Shown in pieces: positions 1-10,286 of a stretch of 64,000 nucleotides of DNA. Position 1 is the stretch's first letter. Each line of letters starts with the position of its first letter. Made by a program: the position numbers and the translations under genes. The stretch lies in assembly GCA_964481275.1 (NCBI GenBank), contig CAYZTD010000002.1, forward strand, positions 133,378-197,377, given 5' to 3'. The DNA comes from an uncultured Thermoplasmatales archaeon (lineage in GTDB: Archaea > Thermoplasmatota > E2 > DHVEG-1). Under the pieces are notes generated by a model, which saw only the letters and a program-made list of their open reading frames with translations, had not been told where the DNA came from and made no database searches.

Positions 1-2
1 AT

Positions 3-791
3 TTAGATATAAAAGAAATATCGATTGATAAAACAGGTAACCAGGTATATCTGAATCTGGAATTGGTTGAAGACGGTAAAATTTTAGATTCAGGCTTTAT
101 TGTTGCTTATTCTATTTATTTGACTACAAATAAGAATATGTATGAAGCAATGTACTCTTATTCTGAAGCAGATCTTGAAGAGTTAGGTTTAGAGGGAAAC
201 GGAGTAATTGTAACTGCATATGAAAATCAAGCTTCTATTGAAGATGGTGTTGAAGTTAATGTAAAATCTTATTCTGGAATCGGTACTAATAAATTAACTA
301 TATCATTTGATCTGTTAAATAGTTATGAGAGATGTTTGAGTATAGATGCTGTAACTATGTTTATGAGCGATATGGCGGGTACTAAAACTTATATCGATGA
401 ATTAGTAGCCGACAATTCTGATTTCCCTTCAATAGATGCTGGTGGAAAATATTATGGAGATGCAGGAGAAAAAATTACTTTTGAAGGGTCAATTGATGAA
501 GGAAGTGCTAGTTCATATAATTGGCTTTGGACAATAGATGGTACCAGTATCACTAAAGAAGGACAGACAGCTCAGCATACCTTTGTAACTCCGGGTACAT
601 ATACTGGAACTTTATATGTATATGATGGTCAGGGTCATTATTCAGATAAATCATTTACTGTACAAGTAAATGGTACTTCTAGTAATGGTGGTAATACTAA
701 CGGTGGTAGTAACAATCAACCAGGTTTTGAAATTCTTGCAATGTTTGCGGCAATTGCAATAGCTTTAATAATTCTTAAAAAGAAAAAATAA
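3..791 (+). CDS. C-terminal part of a secreted surface protein whose 5' end lies outside the window; PKD-like domain plus PGF-CTERM archaeosortase sorting signal
   Basis: The frame is open from the window edge, and the ORF-track start at 63 is an internal TTG. A PKD-type beta-sandwich motif (NWLWTIDGTS...GTYTGTLYVYDGQGHYSDKSFTVQV) is present. The tail PGFEILAMFAAIAIALIILKKKK is Pro-Gly-Phe, then a hydrophobic helix, then a Lys cluster. Confidence 0.75.
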   Translation, partial: LDIKEISIDKTGNQVYLNLELVEDGKILDSGFIVAYSIYLTTNKNMYEAMYSYSEADLEELGLEGNGVIVTAYENQASIEDGVEVNVKSYSGIGTNKLTISFDLLNSYERCLSIDAVTMFMSDMAGTKTYIDELVADNSDFPSIDAGGKYYGDAGEKITFEGSIDEGSASSYNWLWTIDGTSITKEGQTAQHTFVTPGTYTGTLYVYDGQGHYSDKSFTVQVNGTSSNGGNTNGGSNNQPGFEILAMFAAIAIALIILKKKK

Positions 792-862
792 TTTTTTTCT
801 TTTAGTTATCTTTTTATTCCTTTATACCATGACAGTATTAGATCAATAGAGGAGAATTGTTT

Positions 863-2224
863 ATGTCTGCTAAGAAAAATAATGACAAAAAGAAGAGTAA
901 ATATGCATATAAAAAAAAGACAGCATATGAGATTTTTAGTAAAACTCAAATTGAAAAAGCATTTAGTTTTTGTAATGATTATAAAATTTTTTTAGATTCT
1001 TCTAAGACAGAAAGAGAAGCAATTTTTAATATAGATGTGCAAGCTAAACAATCAGGTAAAAAAATTATTATTAATCATGGTAAATCAGCAGCAATACTAG
1101 TTAAAGGAAAAAAACCAATTAAAGATGGTCTAAAAATTGTTATTTCTCATATTGATTCACCAAGACTTGATCTAAAACAAATTCCACTTTATGAAGAATC
1201 AAATAGTAATGTAGCATTACTAGAGACTCATTATTATGGCGGTATCAAAAAATTTCATTGGGTTGTAATACCACTTTCTCTTCATGGTGTAATATATACA
1301 AAAGATGGTAAAAAAATAGATTTTAATATCGGTGAAAATGAAAAAGATCCTGTTTTTTCTGTACCTGATTTGTTGCCTCATCTCTCTCATGAAGTACAAG
1401 ATAATAAAAAAATTGCAAAAGCAATATCTGGCGAGAGTTTAGATATAATTGTGGGAAACAAACCTGAAGATGGAAATTTTGATGATAAAATAAAGACTGC
1501 GATAATTGAAAAACTTCACAAAGATTATGGTATTTCTGAAGAAGATTTTATATCTGCAGAGCTTGAAGCAGTACCATCCTTTAAAGCAAGAGATGTTGGT
1601 TTTGACCGCTCTCTTATTGGATCTTATGGTCAAGATGATAGAGCTTGTGCTTATTCTTCTTTAAAAGCAGTTCTTGATATTAAAAATCCAAACTATTCTG
1701 TAATTTCATTATTTGTAGATAAAGAAGAAGTTGGAAGTGAAGGAAATAGTGCTGCACAAGTAACAACATTTCTAAGAAGTGTAATAAAAGAGTTTGATCC
1801 AAAAGTAGATGTTGATTCAGTTATGCTTAAATCAAAAGTTATTTCTGCTGATGTTAACGCAGCTGTGACACCAAATTATACTGATGTTTTTGAATTAAAA
1901 AACGCTTCAACTCTTGGTCATGGTGTTGTGATGAGTAAGTTTACAGGCCATGGTGGTAAATACTCTGCAAATGATGCATCAGCAGAATTTGTATCCGAAA
2001 TTAGAAATCTTTTAAACAAAGAAAAAATACCCTGGCAGACTGCTGAACTTGGAAAAGTAGATAAAGGCGGTGGTGGGACAGTTGCAAAATATTTTTCTAG
2101 ACTTGGCATGGATGTAGTAGATTTAGGTCCTGCTGTTATGAGTATGCACAGTCCATATGAAATTACAAGTAAAGTAGATATATATTCAACTTACTTAGCG
2201 TATCTTTCTTTTATGAAATCATAA
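863..2224 (+). CDS. M18-family (aspartyl/ApeA-like) aminopeptidase, cytoplasmic
   Basis: 455 aa. Motifs VISHIDSPRLDLK, FVDKEEVGSEG and SMHSPYE fit the M18/M42 metallo-aminopeptidase fold. No signal peptide. The likely ATG is at 863; the track start at 857 is TTG. Confidence 0.7.
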   Translation: MSAKKNNDKKKSKYAYKKKTAYEIFSKTQIEKAFSFCNDYKIFLDSSKTEREAIFNIDVQAKQSGKKIIINHGKSAAILVKGKKPIKDGLKIVISHIDSPRLDLKQIPLYEESNSNVALLETHYYGGIKKFHWVVIPLSLHGVIYTKDGKKIDFNIGENEKDPVFSVPDLLPHLSHEVQDNKKIAKAISGESLDIIVGNKPEDGNFDDKIKTAIIEKLHKDYGISEEDFISAELEAVPSFKARDVGFDRSLIGSYGQDDRACAYSSLKAVLDIKNPNYSVISLFVDKEEVGSEGNSAAQVTTFLRSVIKEFDPKVDVDSVMLKSKVISADVNAAVTPNYTDVFELKNASTLGHGVVMSKFTGHGGKYSANDASAEFVSEIRNLLNKEKIPWQTAELGKVDKGGGGTVAKYFSRLGMDVVDLGPAVMSMHSPYEITSKVDIYSTYLAYLSFMKS

Positions 2225-3856
2225 AAATCTATTTTTTACTTGATCTATCATATTTTTAATGCTATTTCCATTACAATATTCGGGATTACATTTTTTATCT
2301 ATTTTTTGTGACACTGGAAACCCAGCAAGTCTCATTACAGGCCTTGTTGATTTTTTACCATGTTTCCAACGAGAATAAAACCAGTGTCCAAAGAAAAATA
2401 TTGGTCCTACAATTTTTTTCATATCTGGAGCCCAGAAATCAATATTATTTTTCCAGCATTTTGATAAAACTTCCCATTGAAGTTCTGTTAGATTATCAAG
2501 TTTTGTTCTTCTAGCATTTTTAAGTAATGCTTCTTTTAAAGGTATAAAAAGAACTGGTGTGTAAAACATTTTAGCGTTTTGAGAACGCAGTTTATCAATA
2601 AGATTTATTGTTTCTATTACATCTTCTTCTGTTTCTTCAGGTTGTCCAGTCATTATAGTACATAGTGGATACCAATCATGATCATTTAATTTTCCTATTG
2701 CTTGACTTACTATTTCAGGCCAGTTATCAACACTGTATGGTAGTGCTTTTCCTTTCATATATTTGTTCATTAATCTTATGCTACCTGTTTCAATACCCAT
2801 TTCAACTGAGACGAATGGTTTTTTATAGCTATTGTGTTCACTTGGTCTCCACTTTGTTTTTTCAATTAAAATAGGAGTAAGTTCATCTAAAAGTTTATCG
2901 TCATATAATACTGGTGCAAATGATCCATGTGAAAGAAGTATATATTCTACACCAGGATAGTTAGCAATTTTTTTATAAAGCTTGACAACCTCGGAAGTAT
3001 TTGGAATAAAGTTTTTTTTACATTTATATAAAAATATGTCTTCAGTGACAGTAAAAATAGATTTTGAGCCACCTTTTATGTTTACTTCTACTTCTTTCAT
3101 AATTTGATCTATTGGAAAACTATGTCTATTTCTCATAGTAGGGCTACAAAATGCACAGCCTCTCCCGCAACCTCGCATTATTTCTACCATGCCATAACTT
3201 GCAGCGTTTTTTATAATTGGTATATTTGCTCTGTTTGTTTTTTTTGCTTGAAATGATTTGGTAACCTCTTTATCGTCTAATATTTGTTTAAATAGTTCTA
3301 TTAGATTGTTTTCTCCTTCTCCATGAAATAAAACATCTATTCCTAAAAAATCCTGCATTTTTGCTTCTGCAATCTGCCATGAACCTTGACCTCCAACTAC
3401 GACTTTTGGCTTGTATTTAATTATAGATGGATGGGTTACTAGCTTTTCAAACTCAAAAGCATTTAATGATTCTCCACCAAAACCAATAAGTGAGTTATAT
3501 GTTGTTGAAACATATGCAAGACCCATTGGATCCATTGTTGATATTCCTACAATTTTTGTGTTTTTTCCAACGAATTTAGAAAGATTTTTGTAATGTGTGC
3601 AGACAACATTTTTCTCTCCAAATTCATCTACAAGCATTGATTCTACTTTTCTAAGACCATATATTGTCCTTTTTGCAGAACCATCCAGGTTTGTTGGAAG
3701 ATTATTTAGGTGTTCTCTTAGAGCAAATCCTGAGAGTTTCTTTGGAAAAGTACATATAAATGCTGCAAAAGGATTGTTATCATATTCGTTTGCCTCAACT
3801 CTAGATGCGGCAAGAACTATTGGAATGCCAACTGTCTCTTTTCCCATATCTATCAT
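2219..3856 (-). CDS. B12-binding-domain radical SAM protein
   Basis: 545 aa. It has an N-terminal cobalamin-binding-like region and the CxxxCxxC cluster motif (GCGRGCAFCSPTM). Confidence 0.75.
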   Translation of the reverse strand: MIDMGKETVGIPIVLAASRVEANEYDNNPFAAFICTFPKKLSGFALREHLNNLPTNLDGSAKRTIYGLRKVESMLVDEFGEKNVVCTHYKNLSKFVGKNTKIVGISTMDPMGLAYVSTTYNSLIGFGGESLNAFEFEKLVTHPSIIKYKPKVVVGGQGSWQIAEAKMQDFLGIDVLFHGEGENNLIELFKQILDDKEVTKSFQAKKTNRANIPIIKNAASYGMVEIMRGCGRGCAFCSPTMRNRHSFPIDQIMKEVEVNIKGGSKSIFTVTEDIFLYKCKKNFIPNTSEVVKLYKKIANYPGVEYILLSHGSFAPVLYDDKLLDELTPILIEKTKWRPSEHNSYKKPFVSVEMGIETGSIRLMNKYMKGKALPYSVDNWPEIVSQAIGKLNDHDWYPLCTIMTGQPEETEEDVIETINLIDKLRSQNAKMFYTPVLFIPLKEALLKNARRTKLDNLTELQWEVLSKCWKNNIDFWAPDMKKIVGPIFFFGHWFYSRWKHGKKSTRPVMRLAGFPVSQKIDKKCNPEYCNGNSIKNMIDQVKNRFL

Positions 3857-4182
3857 ATGCCTTTTTTTGATAGCAGTATTTTCTTGAAAACAGGGTCTTT
3901 TATTGTATCTTGTATCTTAAGTAGAAAATCTTTCCATGAAAGTGTATCCCATGACCATTTAATCATGTCTTTTTTGTGTAAGGCTAGTATTCTTAGAAAA
4001 ATCTGCCAGTTATACCCTTCTTTTTTAAGATGTTTTCCCCAACCTGCTTCTTTCCATAGGTAACTTGGAAGTCTGTTTCCAAGCCACATGGTTAGTGATT
4101 CTATTTTAAGTTCAAGTGTTTTTCTTTTTGAGCTTAATTGTTTTTTCAATATTTTTGGTTCAGGTGGTATTTCTAATTTCAT
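3853..4182 (-). CDS. hypothetical protein, Trp/Lys-rich, co-transcribed upstream of the radical SAM gene
   Basis: 109-aa ORF on the same strand, overlapping the downstream gene by 4 nt. No recognisable family. Confidence 0.4.
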   Translation of the reverse strand: MKLEIPPEPKILKKQLSSKRKTLELKIESLTMWLGNRLPSYLWKEAGWGKHLKKEGYNWQIFLRILALHKKDMIKWSWDTLSWKDFLLKIQDTIKDPVFKKILLSKKGI

Positions 4183-4342
4183 TTTATATAACCCCTATGT
4201 ACTATGTACATGGGGCATAACGTAAAGCAGGTATTTATATTTTTATAAGTATAACAAATGTAACACATTCATTACAAAAGTTTTAAATTAATATAACACA
4301 TCGCTCTTTTATAAAATCTTATTTTCAGAGGGAGGAAAAAAA

Positions 4343-5647
4343 ATGAATAGGAAAATAATTGGTATTTTAGTATGTATGCTTTTGATTGCAACTGCACTTC
4401 CTGTTTTTGGATTTGCAGAAAAAAATGAACAAAACAAATCATCTTTTACAATTGTTGAAAAGCAATCAGTTACAACATCAATGGGGGATGCCGTAGATCA
4501 ACAACAAACAACATATACTGGATCTGAAAGAATCCAGCTTTTATCTGGAGGACTTGCTCAATCTTTTCAACCTGCTACTTCACCATTAACAAAAGTAGCA
4601 ATTTTGTTGACAAAAACTTCGGGGGTTCCAGAATATGCAAATTATTATATTGAAATTAGACCAGATATTAACAGTCCGACATATTATAGGAAAATCAGCA
4701 TTCCTGGATCTGAATTTACATCTTATACCTTATTCTGGCTTATTTATGATATCTCTGATTTATCTGTTGTACCTGGAAATGACTATTGGATTGTTTGTTA
4801 TGCCGATACTCCAACAATATATTCAACGCAAGTTAAATGGTGTTATGGAAGCCCTGGTTATGATCCTTATCCAAATGGAAATTCTATGATAAATGGAACT
4901 CTTGGATGGAGCCCATATGATCTATTAGGTGATTTTTGTTTTGTATCATTTAAACCAGGAGGATCTTCAAATAATCCACCCAATACACCTACTACTCCAT
5001 TTGGACCAACAATTGGGACTGTCGGAGTATCCTATACATATACTACCATAGCAACGGATCCTGATGGAGATGATATAAAATACGGATGGGATTGGAATGG
5101 TGATAGCATAATAGATGAATATAGTAGCTTTTATTCCTCTGGGGAGACATGTACAATGACACATACCTGGGAAAGTCCTGGGATTTATAATGTAAAAGTA
5201 AAAGCAAAGGATGAACATAATGCTTTTAGTGGTTTTTCACCTGCTCTGACAGTTACCATATCTGTTGCAAATAATCCACCGAATAAACCAAGTACACCTT
5301 CTGGTCCTACATCAGGAAAAGCTGGTATTTCTTATACATATTCAACATCAGCAATTGATTCTGAGGGTGATCAAGTTTATTATCAATGGGATTGGGGCGA
5401 CGAAGTAAGTACTTGGGATGGCCCATATAACTCGGGAGATGCAGCTGTAGCTTCACATATATGGAATAATGATGGAACATTTCCAGTTAAAGTAAAAGCT
5501 AAAGATGCAAGTGATGCTGAAAGTGTATGGTCTGATCCATTGTCTGTAAGTATGCCAAAAAATAAAGGTATTAAAAATACATTTTTTGATTTCTTACAGC
5601 AATACCCAGGGATATTTGAATTTATTCAACGTATTCTAAAATTTTAA
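4343..5647 (+). CDS. secreted protein with two PKD domains and a conserved C-terminal amphipathic tail
   Basis: N-terminal signal peptide (MNRKIIGILVCMLLIATALPVFGFA). Two repeats (NNPPN[TK]P..P.GPT.G..G.SYTY.T.A.D.[DE]GD...Y.WDW...KVKAKD) match PKD-type domains. The tail KNKGIKNTFFDFLQQYPGIFEFIQRILKF is shared with other secreted proteins in the window. Confidence 0.8.
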   Translation: MNRKIIGILVCMLLIATALPVFGFAEKNEQNKSSFTIVEKQSVTTSMGDAVDQQQTTYTGSERIQLLSGGLAQSFQPATSPLTKVAILLTKTSGVPEYANYYIEIRPDINSPTYYRKISIPGSEFTSYTLFWLIYDISDLSVVPGNDYWIVCYADTPTIYSTQVKWCYGSPGYDPYPNGNSMINGTLGWSPYDLLGDFCFVSFKPGGSSNNPPNTPTTPFGPTIGTVGVSYTYTTIATDPDGDDIKYGWDWNGDSIIDEYSSFYSSGETCTMTHTWESPGIYNVKVKAKDEHNAFSGFSPALTVTISVANNPPNKPSTPSGPTSGKAGISYTYSTSAIDSEGDQVYYQWDWGDEVSTWDGPYNSGDAAVASHIWNNDGTFPVKVKAKDASDAESVWSDPLSVSMPKNKGIKNTFFDFLQQYPGIFEFIQRILKF

Positions 5648-5832
5648 ACTTTTTTCTTTTATTCTGTTTTTTTAAATTTACACTTTTAACTCTATACTAT
5701 TTACTTCTTCAGTTTATATTTAATAAATCTTGTTCATTAAGATAATTTTTAAAATTGGATCATTTTTATTTTTTTATATTGGTAACAATCGTTCAATATC
5801 ATAAAACTATTTTTATAAAATTATAATGGGGA

Positions 5833-7206
5833 TCAATATTTTAATAGGTATTCTATTATACTTGATATCATTGGATAATTTCTTAAAATTTTATTCGGTC
5901 CGATTTTGTGTAATGATTTCTGTTTTGCTGTACTTGCTACAACATTTATTGTACAAAAGTCATTTTCATTGTCTTTGTTAATGATTTTTATTTTTCCTTC
6001 AAATGAACTACTTTTTTTATTTGGCATTACAACATTTACTTCCACTTTTTTTCTCCCATCTTCAGGTTTTAAATTACTGCCATTTATAGGGGTAAAAATC
6101 CAGTTCCCCCAATCGGGATAATTAGATATTTCCCAATTCAGATTGGTATTTGGATCTCCAATGTTTTCTATTATAAATCTTCCTGATACATTAGAACCAG
6201 GTTTTTTTTCTTCCCATTTTATAGATCCTGAACAATCCAGATTAGAAAATTCGAAAGTATTGGTATGAAAAAAAGATAAAAATTTATCTCCGCCAAAACC
6301 AAAATATGATAATATTTCACCTTCTTTACTTGTATCAAAAGTTATTCCTTCATATGGGCCATTTTCCTGATTTGATAATATTTGAAGATTTTGCTTACCT
6401 AGTTTATTTGTATCCCAAGTATTTGTGTCTATCCAGTATACATTTGGATCACTACCATGAGCGCGAATAAAATAGCATTTTTCATCTAATATTTCTATTC
6501 CTTGGACTTCTGTTTTTCCTAAACTATGAGTTTCTTCGTAACTAAATCCAATATCTGGATTAAAGGAAAATTTGTATATTTGTGATTCTTTCCCAATTCC
6601 TTCATTATAAGTTGAAAAATAATAATATCCGTCATAATAGGCACCTGAACTGGCACCTGGTATATATTTACCATATTTTTTTAAACCATATGGACTGCGT
6701 GGTAATTCTGATAAATTATCAAGATAAAACACACGACACTCTGCTTTATCGGGAACTGGATTGTGTATGTTCCAATCACTTTTTGGAACTATCAAATAAT
6801 TATCATCACAAAATGGATCACCAATATGCCATCCAATATTAAGTTCACTAATTCCGTTAATATCTATTTCAACAAAAGAATTCCAAGTTTTTCTTTCTGC
6901 AACTGTTATTTTTCCTTTATTTGGCCACCTTGCTGTACTAATAAAAAAAGTTCCTTTGTCATTGCTTGCAATACCTTCTTGAGTTATCATTCCAAAGAAA
7001 TACCTTATACTTGTCTCATATTCAAAGGGGCCAAATATATTGTCATTATTTCCATTTGATAGATAATTTTGTTCTATATTGGGATTTATCTGTTTATCGA
7101 TAGATTTTGCTTTAGTTATATTATCTTCTATTACAATTGTTGATGTAGCACATAATAAAACTAAAATTATAAGAGTTATTTCTTTTCTTATTAATCTATT
7201 ATTCAT
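5833..7206 (-). CDS. secreted hypothetical protein (457 aa)
   Basis: Signal peptide (MNNRLIRKEITLIILVLLCATSTIV). Trp/Tyr/Asn-rich, possibly beta-propeller-like. The C-terminal tail KSLHKIGPNKILRNYPMISSIIEYLLKY loosely resembles the shared tail. Confidence 0.6.
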   Translation of the reverse strand: MNNRLIRKEITLIILVLLCATSTIVIEDNITKAKSIDKQINPNIEQNYLSNGNNDNIFGPFEYETSIRYFFGMITQEGIASNDKGTFFISTARWPNKGKITVAERKTWNSFVEIDINGISELNIGWHIGDPFCDDNYLIVPKSDWNIHNPVPDKAECRVFYLDNLSELPRSPYGLKKYGKYIPGASSGAYYDGYYYFSTYNEGIGKESQIYKFSFNPDIGFSYEETHSLGKTEVQGIEILDEKCYFIRAHGSDPNVYWIDTNTWDTNKLGKQNLQILSNQENGPYEGITFDTSKEGEILSYFGFGGDKFLSFFHTNTFEFSNLDCSGSIKWEEKKPGSNVSGRFIIENIGDPNTNLNWEISNYPDWGNWIFTPINGSNLKPEDGRKKVEVNVVMPNKKSSSFEGKIKIINKDNENDFCTINVVASTAKQKSLHKIGPNKILRNYPMISSIIEYLLKY

Positions 7207-7607
7207 TATTTGTCACATCATTTTTTATATTTAATTATATTTATAAATAAAAATATATAAAGTTTGTGGAACTTTGATACTTGAAAAGAACGTTTTGCAA
7301 AATAATTAGATTAACTTATCACTAATAACTTTGTATAGTAATAAGTATATGAGTTATTATTAACAATCTATTTAGCTGATAAGTCGTCTACAAAAAGACC
7401 TACTGACTTTCTACCAGAATTCTTATAGATTATTTTTCGATTCTTTCTTAGTTTAACCATTTCTTTAAGTTCTTGAGTTATATCTTTCATTGTATATCAC
7501 CTCCGGTATATATAACAATTATTTTTCTTATACTATAGTAAGAAATCATTGTTGTTTAGTTATTGCATGTATTGAATCAATGCAAATTTATTTTTAAACA
7601 ACCAATT

Positions 7608-7808
7608 TTATGCGTTTTCTAATTTCTTTACGTTTGCAGCTCTCTGACCTTTGTCTGATTCTTCGAGCTCGTATTCAACTGGATCTCCTTCATTGAGATT
7701 TATTTCTATTGGTATGGCTGTTCTGTGGACAAAGACTTCTTTTCCATCTTCGCCTTCTATAAAGCCGTAACCTTTCATAGCGTTGTACCATTTTACATTT
7801 CCTTTCAT
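7608..7808 (-). CDS. cspA: cold-shock protein (CspA family, OB-fold)
   Basis: 66 aa. MKGNVKWYNAMKGYGFIEGEDGKEVFVH carries the canonical RNP1/RNP2 cold-shock-domain motifs. Confidence 0.9.
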   Translation of the reverse strand: MKGNVKWYNAMKGYGFIEGEDGKEVFVHRTAIPIEINLNEGDPVEYELEESDKGQRAANVKKLENA

Positions 7809-8096
7809 TTTTTTGTCACCTCCTCAGACTGTTATGTCTAAAGTGATAAAAAGAGCAAATAATAAAAAAATTCCAAAAAATTCGCAAAAAACGAAATTGT
7901 AATACTTTTATCTTTATTCTTTTCTATGCCTATATACACTCTACTTTCTTAAATAGTTATGCATTATAGAGTTATTGTGCAAAACTGAATAAACGTGCAA
8001 AGCCCCACACTACGGCTTTGCCCTAAAAGTCGATTTTGACTCAAAAGTCTAAGATTTGACCTAAAAGCAAAATAATTTAAAAAAAGAAGAAAGTTT

Positions 8097-8660
8097 TTAG
8101 AGATTTAATAATCTACTAAAAATTGGTCGTTGTAAAATTCTTTGTAAGAGCACAAATATTGGATGTGTAAACATTTGTTTGGAATGAGAATCTGGTATTG
8201 GTTCTGGAGATGTAATTAAAATCTCACCAGCATATCCATCTATTTTTGTTATACGAGAGTATAATATTTTATCAGTTCCACTATATGAAATATCTCCTCC
8301 AATCATTGTGAAATCAAAAGAAACTGAACATCCAGGACCAAGTTCTATTTCACCATATTGTTTTGTATTAAGAATTAACTTACCTTGTTGTATACCTGTT
8401 TTTGTTGCGCCTTCAAATTCAAGACCATCTTGTATCCAGATAGCTAGTGTGTTAATAACTTCGGTCTTTATCATTCCTATTGCTTCAAAATCTTCACTTG
8501 TGTAAATTTCTGCAAAGACAATATAATACATATATGGGTCATCAGTAGGTTCTACATCAACTTGTTCCTCAATTTTTTTTGTTATGCCAAGACCACTTGA
8601 GACAAAACTTGCGCCAACTAACAATAGGACTAGTCCAAAAATTACTATAATTTTTCTCAT
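8097..8660 (-). CDS. small secreted protein with the shared C-terminal amphipathic tail
   Basis: Signal peptide (MRKIIVIFGLVLLLVGASFVSSG). The C-terminus is KQMFTHPIFVLLQRILQRPIFSRLLNL. Confidence 0.6.
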   Translation of the reverse strand: MRKIIVIFGLVLLLVGASFVSSGLGITKKIEEQVDVEPTDDPYMYYIVFAEIYTSEDFEAIGMIKTEVINTLAIWIQDGLEFEGATKTGIQQGKLILNTKQYGEIELGPGCSVSFDFTMIGGDISYSGTDKILYSRITKIDGYAGEILITSPEPIPDSHSKQMFTHPIFVLLQRILQRPIFSRLLNL

Positions 8661-8782
8661 AATTTTACCTCGCTCTAATATTAGAATACCCCCCCCCTAT
8701 TTAAAAGTTTTAGTGCAACATTCGAACAAAAAAAACAAGATATATTGCAACTTATCAGACATTTTTTAAAAATCTATTGGAA

Positions 8783-8971
8783 TTATTTTTTTATATGCCG
8801 TAATTTAAGAATAAGATCGTCCGCCTCTTTGTCTATCTCCCAACGTAGGATATCGCCTTTCTTAAGACCGAGCTGACTTATTGCAAAAGCTGGAACAGTA
8901 GTTCGTAAAGATGATCCTGTTGAAGTAGCTGCATGAAGTACTGTTTCATCTGCACGTGAATTCTTTGACAT
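8783..8971 (-). CDS. small AbrB/SpoVT-like (swapped-hairpin) DNA-binding protein
   Basis: 62 aa. The segment PAFAISQLGLKKGDILRWEIDKEADDLILKL resembles AbrB/MazE-type domains. Confidence 0.4.
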   Translation of the reverse strand: MSKNSRADETVLHAATSTGSSLRTTVPAFAISQLGLKKGDILRWEIDKEADDLILKLRHIKK

Positions 8972-9086
8972 AATTCAAATAATACACTTTGTTATATATA
9001 ACATTTTTTACCTATAGAATTACCTTATTATTTACCGTTATATTTATATATTAATACTATTTATAGGTAAATAAATAGGTAATAAA

Positions 9087-10286
9087 ATGTTAAATTCAGA
9101 AGAAAACAGACTTCAAAAAGCCCTTGCAATTCTATCACAAAAAGACGCTATACAGAGGATAGAAAACGGATTATACACAGTTAGATCACAGTCTGGAGTT
9201 GGAGTTTATAGACTTGAGGGACATGGACGAATTTGGTCATGTAATTGTCCAGATTTTATTAAAAATGGAAACATGAGACCATGTAAACATATCCTTGCAT
9301 TAAGACTTCATCTTGACATCGATTTCAAAGTTGAAAAAGGAGAAGAAAAACAACTTATTCCAATAACTTATTCACAAAATTGGACAGAATATAACAAAGC
9401 ACAATGTAACGAAATTGAACTGTTCGATAAACTATTATATGAATTAGTAGGAAGTTTGCCTGAATCTTTACAATCTTTAGGTCGACCAAGACATCAAATA
9501 AGAGACATTATTTTTTGTTCAATTCTTAAAGTATATAGCCAACTCAGTAGTCGTAGAGCGCAATGCTTGTTCAAACAAGCAGTTGAAGACAATCATATTT
9601 CTAAAAATATCCATTATAATGCAATTTCTCGAACTCTCTTAAAAAAAGAAATAACACCACTACTTTATGATTTGGTTAGATATTCTGCTAGACCTCTTGC
9701 TAGTGTTGAAACTGATTTTGCAATAGATAGCAGTGGTTTTAGATGTTCAACATTTGGAGAATATTGTAACTATGCACATGGAACTGCAAAGACTCATAAT
9801 TGGTTAAAAGTCCATATTTGCACAGGTGTAAAAACAAATATTATTGCAGATGTTGTAATAACAGATGAACATGGAGCTGACAGCCCACAGTTTAAAAAAT
9901 TAGTCCAGAGAACTGCTGACAATTTCCAAGTTAAAAAAATCGTTGCTGATGCTGCATATTCATCAAGCCTGAATCATGAAATTGTTGATAGACTTGGAGC
10001 AAAAGCATACATTCCTTTTAAAAAGAATGCAACAGGTGAATCCAAAGATTCAAAGATATGGACACATGCATATCATTATTTCCAGCTTAAAAGAGAAGAA
10101 TTTCTAGAGCATTATCATAAAAGAAGTAATGCAGAAACAACATTTTCTGCAATAAAAGCAAAATTTGGAGAGACAATAAAATCTAAAAATAGAACAGCAC
10201 AAATCAATGAGATGCTTTGTAAAATCATTGCATACAATATTACTGTTGTTATCCGGGAAATGATTGAATTTGGTTTTTATCTCTAA
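9087..10286 (+). CDS. DDE transposase (IS4/IS5-like DDE_Tnp_1) with an N-terminal SWIM zinc finger
   Basis: A SWIM-type CxCx(n)CxH motif is present (WSCNCPDF...RPCKHIL). The C-terminal DDE region (AIDSSGF..., IADVVITDEHGADS, YHKRSNAETTFSAIK) is typical of IS4/IS5 transposases. Confidence 0.75.
   Translation: MLNSEENRLQKALAILSQKDAIQRIENGLYTVRSQSGVGVYRLEGHGRIWSCNCPDFIKNGNMRPCKHILALRLHLDIDFKVEKGEEKQLIPITYSQNWTEYNKAQCNEIELFDKLLYELVGSLPESLQSLGRPRHQIRDIIFCSILKVYSQLSSRRAQCLFKQAVEDNHISKNIHYNAISRTLLKKEITPLLYDLVRYSARPLASVETDFAIDSSGFRCSTFGEYCNYAHGTAKTHNWLKVHICTGVKTNIIADVVITDEHGADSPQFKKLVQRTADNFQVKKIVADAAYSSSLNHEIVDRLGAKAYIPFKKNATGESKDSKIWTHAYHYFQLKREEFLEHYHKRSNAETTFSAIKAKFGETIKSKNRTAQINEMLCKIIAYNITVVIREMIEFGFYL

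Noticed and set aside
7376-7495. 40-aa minus-strand small ORF (MKDITQELKEMVKLRKNRKIIYKNSGRKSVGLFVDDLSAK) in the cspA upstream region
   Set aside because: It is too short and has no family resemblance or clear ribosome-binding context. It could equally be a chance ORF in AT-rich DNA.
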